Source: the human T2T-CHM13v2.0 reference genome, Homo sapiens. Taken from it: a stretch of 64,000 nucleotides of DNA. The position numbers and the translations under genes were made by a program. Every line of letters begins with the position of its first letter. Within the stretch, counting starts at the first letter, position 1. This document shows positions 27,858 to 42,829 of this stretch, piece after piece. The notes below the pieces were generated by a model. It made no database searches and was not told where the DNA came from. It was given only the letters and a program-made list of their open reading frames with translations. Location of the stretch: NCBI RefSeq assembly GCF_009914755.1, contig NC_060926.1; one strand, written 5' to 3'.

Positions 27858-29929
27858 TTAAGATGAAGGTCAAAATTAATCTGATCAGTTATTGAACTGG
27901 GTCTGGGCTTTGTTGCAGCTTTAGTTTGTTTCACTTACTGCAGGCTTTAGTTATTTTCAGGATTGTTTGGGATTCTCCTTTTTGCAGGATTTATGCTCTG
28001 GAATTGCCAATATTGTGGAGATCTTTTTATGAATTTCAATAGAGTTGACGGCTTTCCAAACTGTGTGAAAACTCTCTGCTTTCTAGCCTGCCTGCCAGAT
28101 TTATAAGTTGCTAGAGGGTTGTCTTTGCTCTTCAGCACAGCTCCTGAGTTTTCATGGCTTAGGAGTTTTTTTTAACCCTGCTGGCCTGCCCAAGCCTTCT
28201 GAGGGCAACTTTATTCTTTGAAGCCTTGAAATGACTTATATTTTAAGATGTGTGCAAGATATCTGGCATTTCTTCTGACCTTTGGTGCCTCTGATGAATA
28301 TCTTTTAGCTCTCTTGTCATGCTCCTTACCTCTGGAGGTGGGCTGCTTTGTAACTTGAGGAGGTACCATATACCTCATGGGTGATCTTCCTGACCTGTCC
28401 CAAGCTGTTGGCACACTATCTCTGAGCACTCAGTGAAGACCCTTAGAAAGATTTGGCAGGTGGATTCAATCTCACTCTGTACCTGGGGTTCTTCAGAATA
28501 TTAATCTGCCAGTCCATATATACTCTTATTTATGTTTTTAATTTCAGCTGGATTCTTCCTATCCAAAATTATGGTGTGTTTTTCTTTGTTTTTTTCTTGT
28601 TTTTGTTTTTAAGTCCTCTCAGAACTCTTCCAGGGATGTGATCAGCTAAGGTCTCTTCTCTCTTATAAAGCACTTGTCCTTTTCTGGAATTTAGTTAATT
28701 TTTGTTTCTTTATGTCTTGAACTGGTATATTTGAAAAAAAAGTGATGCAGCTTATCTGGTTTGTTTCGTTTGTTAGAGTGAGAGAAAAACTTGTGGCTTC
28801 CTACATCATAAACGACACAGTAGGGTTGTGTGATTAAAAAAAATTCCCTATTTATCATGCCTGACAATTTCAGCAGTTACCATAGTATAGAGAAATTCTA
28901 AGGATGATATTTCCCATAATAACTTCCATGTGATTGAACAGAACAATTTTTCATTTCCATAAGACCATTCTTCAATTTCATTCTGGACTTCCTCTGGATC
29001 CTAACCTTAACCAGCTCTTGGGACAGATAGAGTCACGTAGTATTGATTCCTCTTAATTACACGACTCACATTTATGTGGTACTTCTATAGGGATTCAAGC
29101 ATTTTTCCTGCTATATCCCCCAATCCTGGAGCAGTGTGTGCCAGACAGCAAGCATTCAATAAACATTTGTTGAATGACTATTTGATCCTTAAACTTTCCC
29201 TGAAGATAGACAGAAAGGGGACATAACTCCCCTTTATTAAATGTTGATTTTCTGTTAGGAATTGTTCTGCATGGTTTATACACATTTAACCCTTAAAATA
29301 TCTCTGTCATACATTCTTATCAATGTCTTGAAGAATGGGAAACTAAGCTTTCAAGCCTGTCAGTTGGAGGTCAGCTTTACTAGAACCCAAGTCAACTTTT
29401 GGTTCTTGACCTTTTCCATGCTACCACTCTGTTTCTCATAAAATGTCTCTCCCAATAAGAGAAAATGAAAGAACACAGGGTCTCTAGAAATCCTTCCCCT
29501 TACATAATTGAGACATCTCCTTTCAACTCTAACCAAAGTTCAATGTGTGCATCAAGGAAGAAGAGGCTTGTGATAAGAATCAAATGAGATAATGTAGGGC
29601 AAGTGGTTCACAGCCTAGAAAATGCCACTCACATGGAATTAGCCAGTGCACCCAGCAGTCCAGGAAGGGGCATAGCAGGTAGATCTGCAGCCCCATGGTT
29701 GTGCTGTTTCTGCCTTGCTGGCTGCAATTTCAGCCAGGCCCCAGGGCTGGGTATCAGGGTTACAGCACTTAGAAAGTGGGCTTGGTGGGAGAAAGTTAGT
29801 CACCATTCTCATGCTGGGAGTACACAGTGATGGGTCCCCAGATGCTGTTTTTTTCTCTCCCTGTCTTCTTTTCTTAAAATTTTATTTTTTAAATTTTATA
29901 TATAAAGAAAAATATTCACCCACCTAATT

Positions 29930-30059
29930 TTTAAGTTTTAATGGAGATGGGGTGTTGCTTTCTTGCCCAAGCTGGTCTTGAACTCCTAGCTTCAAGCAAT
30001 CCTCCCACCTTGGTGTCCCAAAGTGTGGGGATTGCTTGCGTGAACCACTATGCCTGGCC
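29930..30059 (-). mobile_element. FLAM_C or Alu left monomer
   Basis: gagatggggtgttgct...aactcctagcttcaagcaatcctcccaccttgg...gcctggcc. Confidence 0.8.
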
Positions 30060-30859
30060 TGGAACCAACCTTTATGGTTATCAGAACTCCCGTCACTTAG
30101 TTAACTGTCTCAGGTATGAAAATGTCCTTTCTTATATGTATCAAAACTCATACTGAACAATGAGTTCTGGGTTGCAAAAGAGGATTTATTTTTTGCACCT
30201 GTCTGTAAGACTTTATCCACAAGTTAAGCAAAAACATGCACAAGTCTAATCTCCCTGTCTTCTTAAGAGGAGAGCCAGCTTTCTTACCCTTGCCATCTTG
30301 TTCTACTCCCAAGGGGAATTCTTGCTCAAAGATTCATGCCCCAGACTTCCCGCTTGAACTTCCTGTGCTCAGATAATTCTCATTGTAGAGTCAATGAACT
30401 GCTGGTCATCCATCTTTGTTTCTGAAGTCCTACCTATCAAACCTCATGAGGCTACCCCGGTGGGGGTGGAGGATGAGGGATCTTTGGTGAATAAGATAAC
30501 TTAAAATAAAAGAAATCTGAATTGGTCTATTTTTAAAAGAAATTTATTTTCATTTCTTTCAAATATGCAAATTACCTAGGACAAGATGAATAGCATTGTC
30601 CTTAAAGACCTTGCTTTGGTGAATAGCCAAATTAGATCCATAATTAGCACACCAATTGTGGTTAAAAGTAAAGTGGCTTAAATGCCTGCTTCCCCTCCCT
30701 CATCTTGTTTACATTATTAATTCAATAAAGTGACACTTCAAAGAATAGAAGGTGAACTTCAAGCCTCTAATTTAAATTACATTTAGTGGTCACAAATTAA
30801 ACTTTGAGATGTTTCCCTTATTATAATAGTATCGTATGCTGTGTTTTAGTGATTACAAA

Positions 30860-31030
30860 GTATTTTCTTACATATGGGCTCCTTTTGTCTTCCCAATAAC
30901 CTTATGGGGTGAGCAGGGAAGTTTCCTTATCTCTATTTCACAGATGAGAAAATGCAGAGTCTAAGGCATTAGGTTACTTATATAAGGCCATACAATCAAA
31001 GATCAGTCAGTTCGTTCTATTCTGATTCTT
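30860..31030 (-). mobile_element. MIR
   Basis: aataaccttatgggg...tatttcacagatgagaaaat. Confidence 0.65.
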
Positions 31031-32089
31031 CAGAGATTTACTCCATTTCTAATGATATGGAACCAAAGCAAAACAAATGCGAGGCATGCAAAATGGGTAA
31101 TTTTATTCATTCTTTTGCTCCTTCATTCATTATTTCATTTCCTTATTCATTCATTTTTATTCCTAGAGACTGCTACTATCCCTGGAATGTAACAAATGTC
31201 TCAGTAGGGTACTTACTGTATGAATGGAAAGGGGGGAAAATAGAATAATTTACTCTATGTAGTGGAGTAAAGGTATCTTACCTGTTCATATTGCCACCGA
31301 CCCCACACTGTGCCATACATAAAATCCTCTGAAGTAGGGCAAGTAACATGGTAAACAATCTCACTTTATCAGCTTTTTCTTCTTCAGGCAAGTCTGTAGC
31401 ATGTGCTGGATGACGATTTGAGCAATTGGAAACTTTTAAGTGTTCAGATGGCCATTGATGTCAAGCCCATAAACCCTCACCTTCTGCCTTGCTCTTCTAA
31501 GCCTTCTGTTCTCATATTAGCTCCCTGGTCCATCGGTCCATTCTCTGTCTTCCTCACTCCCTCTTTCTCTCTCTCTGTCTCTATCCCTTAGTTTCTTTCT
31601 TTCCTCCTCTTTTTTCCTCTTTATCTTCTTTTTTCTTCTCCTCCTCCTTTCCCATTCCCCCACTCTCTCCCTCTCTTTCATGTTTTGTACAGTGTGAAAT
31701 TAAAGACTGAGTAGCATGACTGAAGTTAGGTATTTCCACAAAATAATGACCCAGGATTGGCTTCACTGAGTTTTAAGACATGCCATGGGTACTTCACGCT
31801 AAAGTCCATTTTTCCACATGAAACAGCCATATTGTTAAAAACATTTGGAGAGCTGAACTTTCCAGATGATTAACATAAGTATCTACTTTATGGTTTGCAT
31901 TTTTCTTCTATATTAAGGACCTGTCCAAGAAGTATCAAGTGTAACTCAATAAAACATTAGCTTCTCTTTTGCTGAATAAAATTTCAGAACAATACCTTCA
32001 TTAAAGTTACCTGGAGGCAGCTTTGGATTCAATATAATAAATCTGCAACGGTCTCCCAGCTGCTGCTGAATGTCAGGCTCTTAGCAAGT

Positions 32090-32720
32090 CCATTCCTAAC
32101 TGTCTTCATTCCTAAGTGGCCCCTATGCTTCTAATTCCTCAGCCCCACCATCCTTCCCAAATACTCATCCCCAAGAGTGACTTTTCTAAAAAATCAGATT
32201 TTGTGAATCTTCTATTTAAAATGTCAATCTTCTATTTAAAATGTCATTTGGTTCCTCGTCAGCAATGAGGTATGGTGTGAACTTCTCTTGCTGTATCTGG
32301 TCCTTTGTGACAGTGAGGTCATCTGTTTAGGCCTGCCTGCAACTCCCTCCCTGACTTTGTACCTCCCCTCTTCCCTAGGACATCTCTGCATGTTTGCAGT
32401 GTATCCTTTACCGTCTTGTTATACCTCACTTGGTGGTGGAAATGGAGGGAAGGGGATATATTTGAGGGCTATTTCCTAGGTCCCCAATCCATGAATCCTT
32501 CATCTATTTTACCAGTCAAAATGAATCTCTCTTTCCTTGGTGTGTTCCTGCATTAGCCTCGGCACATCCTGTCTTGTATTGCAATTATTTTTTTATGTGT
32601 TTCTTTCTTTCCTGGCCTATGAATTTATATCTTATTCACTACCCTTTCAGGGTGCGGAGCTCAGTGCTTGGCATATTCTTGCTGTTCGGTAGTAGGCAGC
32701 CACTAAGTTGTTGAATTGAA
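32090..32720 (+). mobile_element. L2 fragments
   Basis: agagtgacttttctaaaa...; 3' end cagtgcttggcata...taagttgttgaattgaa. Confidence 0.55.
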
Positions 32721-33760
32721 CTCTTCTGTGTGCTTGAGTTGGAATATTCTGAGGCTAAGATCCCCTCAGTCCTTAGAGGTCAGCCCTTTGTATCACAGGC
32801 GGAGTTCAGCAAGAAACAAGTGTTTAAAATTCATTTTCTCATAAGTTAGAACTTCTGACCAAGACTTCATTTTAGAAACGTATCACAGAAATGCTGAGAA
32901 TTAAAGCATTTCTTTGCATCTATAGAAGATGGTGACTCAGTTGTTACACTACCTTTTGTTGTTGTGGCCCCAGGATCTCAGACAATGCATTCTTACCTCA
33001 GATGGGGACATAGGAATGGTTTTGGCAATTTCTGTCATCTGCCTGGAAAATGGGTATTTTTGGTTATTTTCCTATGAAGGAAAGAATTCACCACTTCCCC
33101 CACTATAAGATATTTAGATTTGAGTTTAATTTTTCTATAATTATAAATCACATTCCTGGATTTTGTTGATAAAGTTTTATTTAATGTATCCAAGTCTGGT
33201 GACTAACATGGCAAAGTAATATAGCAAATATTTGAAGTCAGAAGGCTGACTCTAGGCTTTGAGCAAGTCAATTACCCTCTCCAAGGGTCAGTTTCACTGG
33301 TAGAATTGGGATAGTGATGCACCCACCTTACAGGATTGTCAGATGAATTACGTGAGGTGGTTGGGAATGGACTTTTTGGTCTGCCAGGTGGGCTGTAGAG
33401 GAATTCTCGCTCTGGAGATGAGGAGGTTAGGGGCCTGGGATGGACAATTGAAAAGGTCCTTCCCAGCACTGCTATTTGTAGATTTATCATTTGTCTCCCA
33501 CATTTTCTCTTTGGTTGGACTAAGATTAAATTTCATGTGTTTGTTGCATATGTGCATATATCTGTCATCCTGTCTAAGACTCAACCTTTTTTGGCACCAT
33601 GGGTCTGTTTGGTACTCTGGTGAAGGTGATCAGTCCTTTCACAGAATACTGTTTTTAAATACATAAATACATAAAATAAAACATTAGGCTGAACAAGAAT
33701 AATTATATTGAAATATAGTTCTATATATAGATCTACTGGGGACTCATGGACTACACTTAA

Positions 33761-34136
<376 letters not shown>

Positions 34137-36894
34137 TCACAAATTTCTTCATTCTCACTTTACAGATGAAAGAAGATGTGATTCCCAAAGACAGTTCCCC
34201 CAACTTGGTTCAGAATCAAATAGGGAGTTTTATTCGGTGGGTATGCACAAGAACACGATAGTTCCATTGACAATCTTTCCAGCCACAAATTTTTGGAATT
34301 ATTTGTGCCTTGGCTCTTGTTTCTAGCTCAAGACACTGTAGACTTGCTGGATTGAATGCTATTTGGAGAGATTTACCAGTTGATCATTTCAACCCAAAAC
34401 GGAGATCACAAATGGAGACTTCCTAAATATTCAGTACACCCCTCCAAAGTGCACTCGCTCCATCAAGGTTATCCTAGTATTAATTATTCATAGGCAGAGC
34501 ACTGACAAATTCTAATTGCAAATAAGTGCAATTGCTGTTGATTGCATAATTTATGATTCCATTTGTTAAACTAAGACAATGGGAGTTGATGAAAGGCATT
34601 AAGTGGCCCCAAATTAAAGGTAAATTGGGTTCAAAGGCTTGTCTTTCTGTGAATGTAGCTTGAAGTTGTCTGCTTTCCTGAGACCCTCTCACACACTGGT
34701 GATTTATGTACCAGGTAAGCTGTGTTACATCAAATCTTGTGTCTGGCTGGAGATGCTTCAGTCTGGGCTTCCTGGAGATCTGCACTGCAGCCTGTGGTGA
34801 GATGGCCTCTTGCCTCAGTGAGGCTCTGCCATCTTTCTCTGAAGCTCAGGGCCTGGCCTCTGTGGCTTGGCTTCAAGACAGCCTGATTGCATAACTTTGT
34901 CTGCATTGCTCTGACACTTTGCTGAGGGGACTTTGGACAAGATGGCAAAATTGGCACTGGAGTTCATTGGAAATGATTTCCTTGAAAATGAGGCAAATGC
35001 TTTTCTTTCCATGTGACAGACACTCCCACGGATCAGCATCTCACAGAGGTTAAGTGCAATCTCTGCAATTGCTCACTGCTCTTCCTAAGAATAATACAAG
35101 ACAAAGACTGTACTGAAGATGGAATCTTTTGCATAGTAAATCTCAAGATAAGTCTGTTAAATAAAAGGTGGTTTGAAAGGAGATTATTTATGGGGTGTGC
35201 AAGGAGGAATTTGATATTCAAGTTGTACATTGTGAGAATTCATTGCAAGAGGTCTGACTTCCCTTTCTTTGAATATATAGAGCTGTTATTAAGAAACATT
35301 TGGACTTTGAATCTTACAGATTTGTTCTCTAAAGATTAAATTTCATATATGCACAAAAGAAGAGCCCCAAAACAATGGACTTTGATATAACTGCATTTAT
35401 ACCATGTACTGTGATTAATTAATGAGGAAGTGATGGGCTCATTAACTTCTGATTATGTGTCTTGTGCTGCAGTGGGACAAACCATTGACCCAGACTGGTG
35501 ACCGTCTTGATAACATCAGTAAGATGGCCTTTGCCATTAAAATTCTGGAACTAATGAGTACAGAAAAATGGAAGTTTACTCTGCTTAACAAATAAAACGT
35601 TGTTTATTGGTTCACTGGAGTCAAAGGGATCAGTAGATAAGTCCTATTCTTGTATGAAAATGGTGAAAAGTTGAAGTTGGGCAGAGCCTAAGATGCAGTG
35701 AGTACAACATAGAAGGGAAGGCTGGAGAATTATGCAAAATTTGGAGGGTTATGGATGACATGCTTGGACTTGATCCTGTAGTTAATAGTTATTCATATGG
35801 TACTTTTAGGCAGGAAAATTATAGCATTAAATTTCTGTTTCAGAAATATCCCTCTGGATGCTTATGCAGAGAATTGATCGGAGAGAGCGAGCTTGGAGGC
35901 AGAAAAGCCATTCGGGAGTTGAGGCCACAGTCTAGGAGAGAGATAATGCTATCCAGCCCGTGGAAGTGGCAGTGGGTATGGGGGATGGAGAGGAAGAGAC
36001 AGATGGAGAGGCATTTTCAGTGTCAAATTGACAGAATGGGTTGGACTGGCATGCCATGGCCATGTCTTAGAAACTTTAAATAACGTTTGTGGGAAAAATA
36101 AACCAGAGCTTGTCCCTTATACAGAGGCCAGGGCTGGAATCCCAGAGGAGATAGAATATGGCTCAAGGGACAGCTACCAATGGAGTGGGAAGTCCTGATA
36201 TTCTGAGGCTGGGTTGTAGCCCTCTGTCACCACAAAGGAGACCAAGAAGGGGAAGTGATTCACTCAAGGTCACTTGGCAAGTTAATTACACTCTTGGCTA
36301 AGCCTTCTGAGCAGAATGGGAGCTGCTTCCAAGAAGTGCAGATGCTCAGTGGTCTGGTGGCTGCCTCTTCTGGATTCCTGGTTTGAGCTCTCACAAGAGC
36401 TCTCCTTGCCCTCCCTGGACTGGGCCCTTATCCTGGGCTCACTGCTCTATCTTTCAAACAACTCTGCCTTTTACCTGCAGTTTTGGGGTGGCCCAGGCGA
36501 TGGGGTGGAGCTGAGGAGGTAATCCTGCCTGGGAGTGAATGCCACTGTGTGTGTGCACGTCCATGTGTCTCTGGAATGCTGACAGCACTGGGTTGTCTCT
36601 TGCCTGAGCATCACTTGACCATCCTGCTTTAAACCGGAGGAGAAATTCTATCAAATGCAAGCCCACTCAGAGCTTGTTTCCTTCTTTATCCTAAATAATT
36701 TCAAAGTGCTTCAAGCAGTTTTATAAAAGCAAAAAGCAAGCAGCTGATTTCATTTGGCGACACAGAGGGCTAAATTAGGTCATATTATGTTAGGTCATCC
36801 CCAGGGCTAATTAACTGATTGTCCTCATGGTGGCCCAAGGAGTCAGCTGTGCTTGCAGCTGTGCCTAACATAGACCTACTCTGTTAACGCATTC

Positions 36895-37474
36895 TGGTTT
36901 TGCTTTCTGAGGTTTCAGTTACCCATGGTCAATGGCAGTCTGAAAATTTTAAGTGGAAAATTCCAGAAATAAACGATTCATAAGTTTTAAATTGTCTGCC
37001 ATTGTGAATAGCATGATGAAATCTCATGTAATCCTGCTCTGTCTTGCCGGGGACATGAATCCTCTCTTTGTCCAGTGTCTCCATGCTCTCTACCCTCCCC
37101 ACCTGTCACTTTGTAGCCCTCTAGGTTGTCAGATCAGCTGTCACAGTATGGCAATGCTTGTGTTCAAGTTACCTTTATTTTATTTAATAATGGCCCAAGG
37201 TGCAAAAGCAGTGATGCTGGCAATTTGAATATGCCAAAGAGAAGCCATAAAGTGCTTTCTTTAAGTGAAAGGTGAAAGTTCTCAACTTAATAAAGAAACA
37301 AAATCATATGCTGAGGTTGTGAAGAACTGCAGTGAGAACAAATCTATTTGAGAAATTGTGAAGATGGAAAAAGAAATTTGTACATAGTATATATAGGATC
37401 TCATACTCTATGTGGTTTCAGATATCCACCGGGGGTCTTGACACATATCCCCCATGAATAAGGGGGGACTACTG
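36895..37474 (+). mobile_element. MER44-type TcMar-Tigger element
   Basis: ggtttcagttaccc...ggaaaattccagaaataaac...; ends gaataaggggggactactg followed by TA. Confidence 0.85.
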
Positions 37475-38218
37475 TACTCACAGTCTAATGATTTGTTCAC
37501 AGGGGATTTACATCATTTGATCATCTCAAAAGCCTTGTGTGACAGGTGAGATTATGAACTGTTTCATAACGGAGGAAACTATGGCTCAAGATTAAGTCAT
37601 GTGCCTCAGGGCACATTCCAGCCACTCCCCGCCCCCAGACTGCCAGGCCTCTCTGAGACTATTAAATCCTCCCTTGGCACTCCACCAACCTATCTCTCTG
37701 TGAACTGAGCATTCGATGCTGCTAACATGCCCTCCTCAAAACATTCCACCCCTGTGACTTTCATGACACTGTACCACCCCCTCTGTGCAGTTCAAGGGGG
37801 ACACTGGATAAGATGATTTTCTCAAAAAGTCCTCAGAACGTCTTCACCTTCTCTGGCTTCATTATCTTGGTGTAGGACGCTACCACCGCCACCACCGCCT
37901 TCCCGTTCTCTTCTTCCTCATCCAACATTTCTGGAAACTGGACCAGTGCTCCTTCCAAGTCCTTCTGTATCCGGGCTTATCACTGTAATGGATTAGTCAG
38001 GGTGAATAGGGGTTTGGTGCTGGGGTTCTCAACACCGAAAGTAATTCTGGCTACACTGGAATGCATTTTTTTATTAGTCAGTACACAAATATATACATAG
38101 TCCATTTGTTTCCCAAATTAAAATATTTCACAGTGTTTAGAAACAGAAAGTGAACATCAGAATTCTGTGAGGGTATATTTATGGAAGGATGGATTTTTGC
38201 AAGAAACATTTGATATGC

Positions 38219-38669
38219 TGTACTATATTACCTGCTTTAGCTGCCATAACCAAGAACCACAGACTGGGTGGCTTAACAAACAGAAATGTATTTCCTTATA
38301 GTTCTGGAGGCTTGAAATCCAAGCTCACGGTGCTGGTGAGTTGGCTTCTCCTGGGCCACTCTCCTTGGCTTTGGATGTCCCCAGCCTTCCCCTGTGTCTT
38401 CATATGCTCTTCCCTCTGTGTGTGTCTGTGTCCTAGCCTCCTCTTCTGATGAGGGCACGAGAACCCACCCTGATGTTTTCATTTTAACTTAATTACCTTC
38501 TTAAAGACCTTAAACAACTCTGCTTTTTACCTGCAGTTTTGGGGTGGCCCAGACGATGGGGTATGCAGGTATGTTTTAAAGACCTTATCTCCACATAGTC
38601 ACATTCTGAAGTATTGGGGGTTAGGATTTTAATAAGTGGATTTTGGGGGACACAGTTCAGCTCACAACA
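38219..38669 (-). mobile_element. MLT1B-type MaLR solo LTR
   Basis: gctgccataac...cacagactgggtggcttaa...gggggacacagttcagctcacaaca. Confidence 0.85.
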
Positions 38670-40109
38670 TATATAGTGTATCTTTTCCAGATAAAAGCAA
38701 ACACTGTAAAAATATAAATATAGATTAAAAGATACAAGCACAATATTTTTCTGGATTTGCTCTTCTGGGTACTATAGATTGCTTAGCATAACAATCATTT
38801 TTATACATTTTTCTTTCAAAAGTTATTATTCTCAAACAGCGGGGAAGGGGTGGAACCTGGAAAAGGTGTTGATTAGGTGGGATGATGGGTCTCACCTGAC
38901 ACATGAAACCAGGGCTGATGGGCTGATGTGGTGGGTGCTGTATCCAATGGCCTCCTAGAAGAACAGGTGTGCCTGCTGCAGCAGCCTGGCCTCAGGTGGG
39001 GCTCTTCTCAGTGTCCCACTGGTTCTGGGCCCTGGGCACATGGGCCTGCAGAGATTAAATGGGGACTGCTGGAGCTCACGTTTCCCGTTGGCTGGGTCCT
39101 GTGCTTGGCTGTAGGAGACTCAGGCAGGAATCCACTTGATCCTGACCCTCGGGGCTCACAATACAATGGTAGAGACTTATCTGTCTGAGAAGATAAGAAG
39201 TGAGAAGTGAGAAATGAGTTCAAGACCATGCTGTGGGAGCTCGATGAAGGTAGGAGCCAGTTTTACTAGAGGCTGACCCCCTTGCCTGCTCTGACACACA
39301 AGCTAGGAAAGCTATGAAAGTTCAGAGGTCACTCCCTCTGAACAAGGCACTGACTCTACCCTTACTGAATTTTACTAATCACCTGTGATTAATGTGGACA
39401 TCTTTCTGTTTCATAAATAAGAAAGCTGAAGCTGAGAGGATTTTAAATTTTCTTATGTCACACACCTGGATAGTGGCAGGTCATCTACTCAAAAGGTGTT
39501 TCTGTTTAAAAAAAAAAAATTCCACTTGTATTTAACTGTGAGAGGTGTTCATAAACCATAGCTTTGCACACAAGTGTAGACCCACAATCCAGATACAAAG
39601 AGAGGATGTGTGATAGGAACACCGGAAGAATCATTCTGTCTCTGCTCCAGTCAGAGACCCAGAAGCGCTGGGTGTTTCAGCTCTCTCCAGCCAGTGGTGG
39701 TGACTCCTCAGGTAAACTGGAAAGTCCTGAATTCCATAGGTGGCTCAGACAATCTGCTTACTTGAGTGAGAGTGAGGCACAGTGGCCATTTGCCGAGGGG
39801 TGCCACCCTCACTCCAGGAAGGGGCAACTTTTCCTTGTGTCAGCTGCTTCCTGGGTATCTGGATATGAAAGAACCACAGGATCCTCGGATCTCAGGTAGG
39901 GGCGCTGCCTCTTTAGTTTCTATTAGAGGTCATTGCGATGAAAAGGCCAAGAGCTTTGAAGTCAGATGGATCTTTTTCCGTGTTCTAGTTCGACTATTTT
40001 CTAGCTGTGTGAGCTTGGTCAGGTTCCTCATCTTCTTTGACTCTGTTTTCTGATGTGGAAAATGTGGCTCTTAGAAAGATTTTAAAGTAACACATAAAAA
40101 TCCCAATAA

Positions 40110-40522
<413 letters not shown>

Positions 40523-40999
40523 AATTGTGTGCATTTTTTAAAGTCACGGGTAAGACTCAGAAGGGCTGGGACTTAGGAAAACAAAGTGTTTTTATGTTTC
40601 TTTTTGTAAAATCTTGCAATCATGTACTGGGATCTCAAACTTCTACCATGGCCCTTGCTAAGAATGTCTTTTTTCCAGCACATCTGGCCCCCTTTGGTCT
40701 TCTCCTCTCTGGGCCCCACCGATCTCCCTGCTCTATTTTCTCACCACCTTCTCCATCTCTCATGCCCACCCCATTGCTTGGTCCAGGGAGGTTCCTCTAA
40801 ATTTTTAAGGATGGTGGAGGCAGAGAGTCATGTTCCTTATCACAATGTTTCTGCCACATTTTGCCTTGCCTGAAGGCCTCTTAGTCTTTTGGAAAGCAAA
40901 GTCGAGTCCTTTTCTGGTGGCCCTGTTACATCCCTTCTAGATGTAACTGAGTATCAAGTGGAGGAGCTGCTTCATTAGTTTCTGTAGCACCACAGAAGC

Positions 41000-41416
<417 letters not shown>

Positions 41417-42829
41417 AAAGTCTAGCTCTTTCTGCTGCACCAAAATAGTTTTCTGATTGATGAGAGGGAGGAATTTATGAAATGGAGACAACTTGAGGCT
41501 AATGCAAACCCTTTAGGCATCTCTTTTTTAATTGGTTGAATCAAAATGAGTCTGAGCATGTGCAGGAAGCCTGTGTGCTTAGGAGACTGACATCGGGTCA
41601 ATTCACTGAATGAACAGAACCTCATCTAGTCACATTTCCATAACATATGAGGAGCTTGGGAAGCATAGGTGTGGATGTACTGGTTGTAGTGAACTTGAAA
41701 AGCTCCAGTCTTTGTATTTAGAAAGCCACTAGAATAAAATATCTGGGGCATTCTCTATGAGGAGATTAAAAGAGAGTATCAAAGATGCTTCCAGATTTTG
41801 GTATTCCTCAGTTCTAAATCCTACAGACATGTATGATTACATTCCACTTTAATTAGAAGAATATTGATGTCTATTGACTACCTATAGCAATGTGGAGAAC
41901 TTGAGGTAGGGTGAAGTGGGAGGGAGGAGAGCGGTGCTCACATCAAACGTTGAGTTGGAGTAAAGGAGCTTCATCTGTCTTGTCCAGGAAGAAGAGGTGT
42001 GAGTTTATGTGCAACCCAAAAGACCCAGGTCTGAACAAATGGAAACAATCACAATGGGAAGGTTTGTTAGAACTATGGGCAACCTTTGTGGGGTACAGGA
42101 TTGAGAACAACTCATGGATCTTTATTTTAATTTTTTAGCACATATAAGAATCATCATTCCCCTTCTTTTCTGGAAGTTAGAGATGTAGCCAAGAAATAAG
42201 AGCCCTGATATTCTTGGGAGCAAGAGGTGAGGAGGATGCCCTATTCTGAACAGTAGTAATGGCAGATGGTGGGTGGGCTAGAACGATGTCCTCTTGCTGT
42301 AGAAACACTGCATTTCCAAGACCCCACTGGGCCTCCCAGTATAAATCGTGTTTCCAGGATGCTCAGGGGACCCATCTTCAAGATTAACCTCTTACTGAAG
42401 CTCCAGGCAGATTCCTATAGAATTACCAAGGAGATTCCTATAGAACATCTAAACTGTCCAACAAAAGATTTTAAGGTATGGTGAAAAAGAGTGATGGTGG
42501 CCAGAGAATGGTGCTGCAGAGAAGGTATAATACCTACACTCCTTTCAAGGGAGGCAAACTAAAATACTATGAGGTGAAAACCAACTGATGCAGGAACAAG
42601 CAGATCAACTCCAGCTTTCATTAGAAGCAGAGCCAACTTGAAATCTGCATCATATATGGCTTTAATTTTAAGCTAAGTTCTGTTTTCTTCTGCTTTTCCA
42701 TAATGGTAAGTCCACATCTAAGTCTCAGTACACCCCTTGCTAGCCATAAGACAACCATTGGAGCACAGGAAACCCATTCATAAGTTGGTTGACTTGGTGT
42801 AGTGACAGACAAAGAAGGGGTGTTAATAA

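Larger units (their letters stand above)
24810..28800 (-). mobile_element. Composite of old L1MB/L1M fragments (ORF2, ORF1, 5' regions)
   Basis: gcatttccttaatgactaatgatgttgaac; ORF 26623-26904 resembles decayed ORF1 (KDKEKILNGAK...FSSETVE). Boundaries approximate. Confidence 0.65.

Noticed and set aside
26430-27934. Duplicated small protein gene (same peptide on both strands)
   Set aside because: Explained by the DNA inverted repeat in decayed L1 sequence; the frames diverge outside the core
39844-39895. Possible 52-bp plus-strand exon (ttttccttgtgtcag ... cag|gtaggg)
   Set aside because: Splice-like motifs of this quality are common by chance; no recognisable peptide or partner exons
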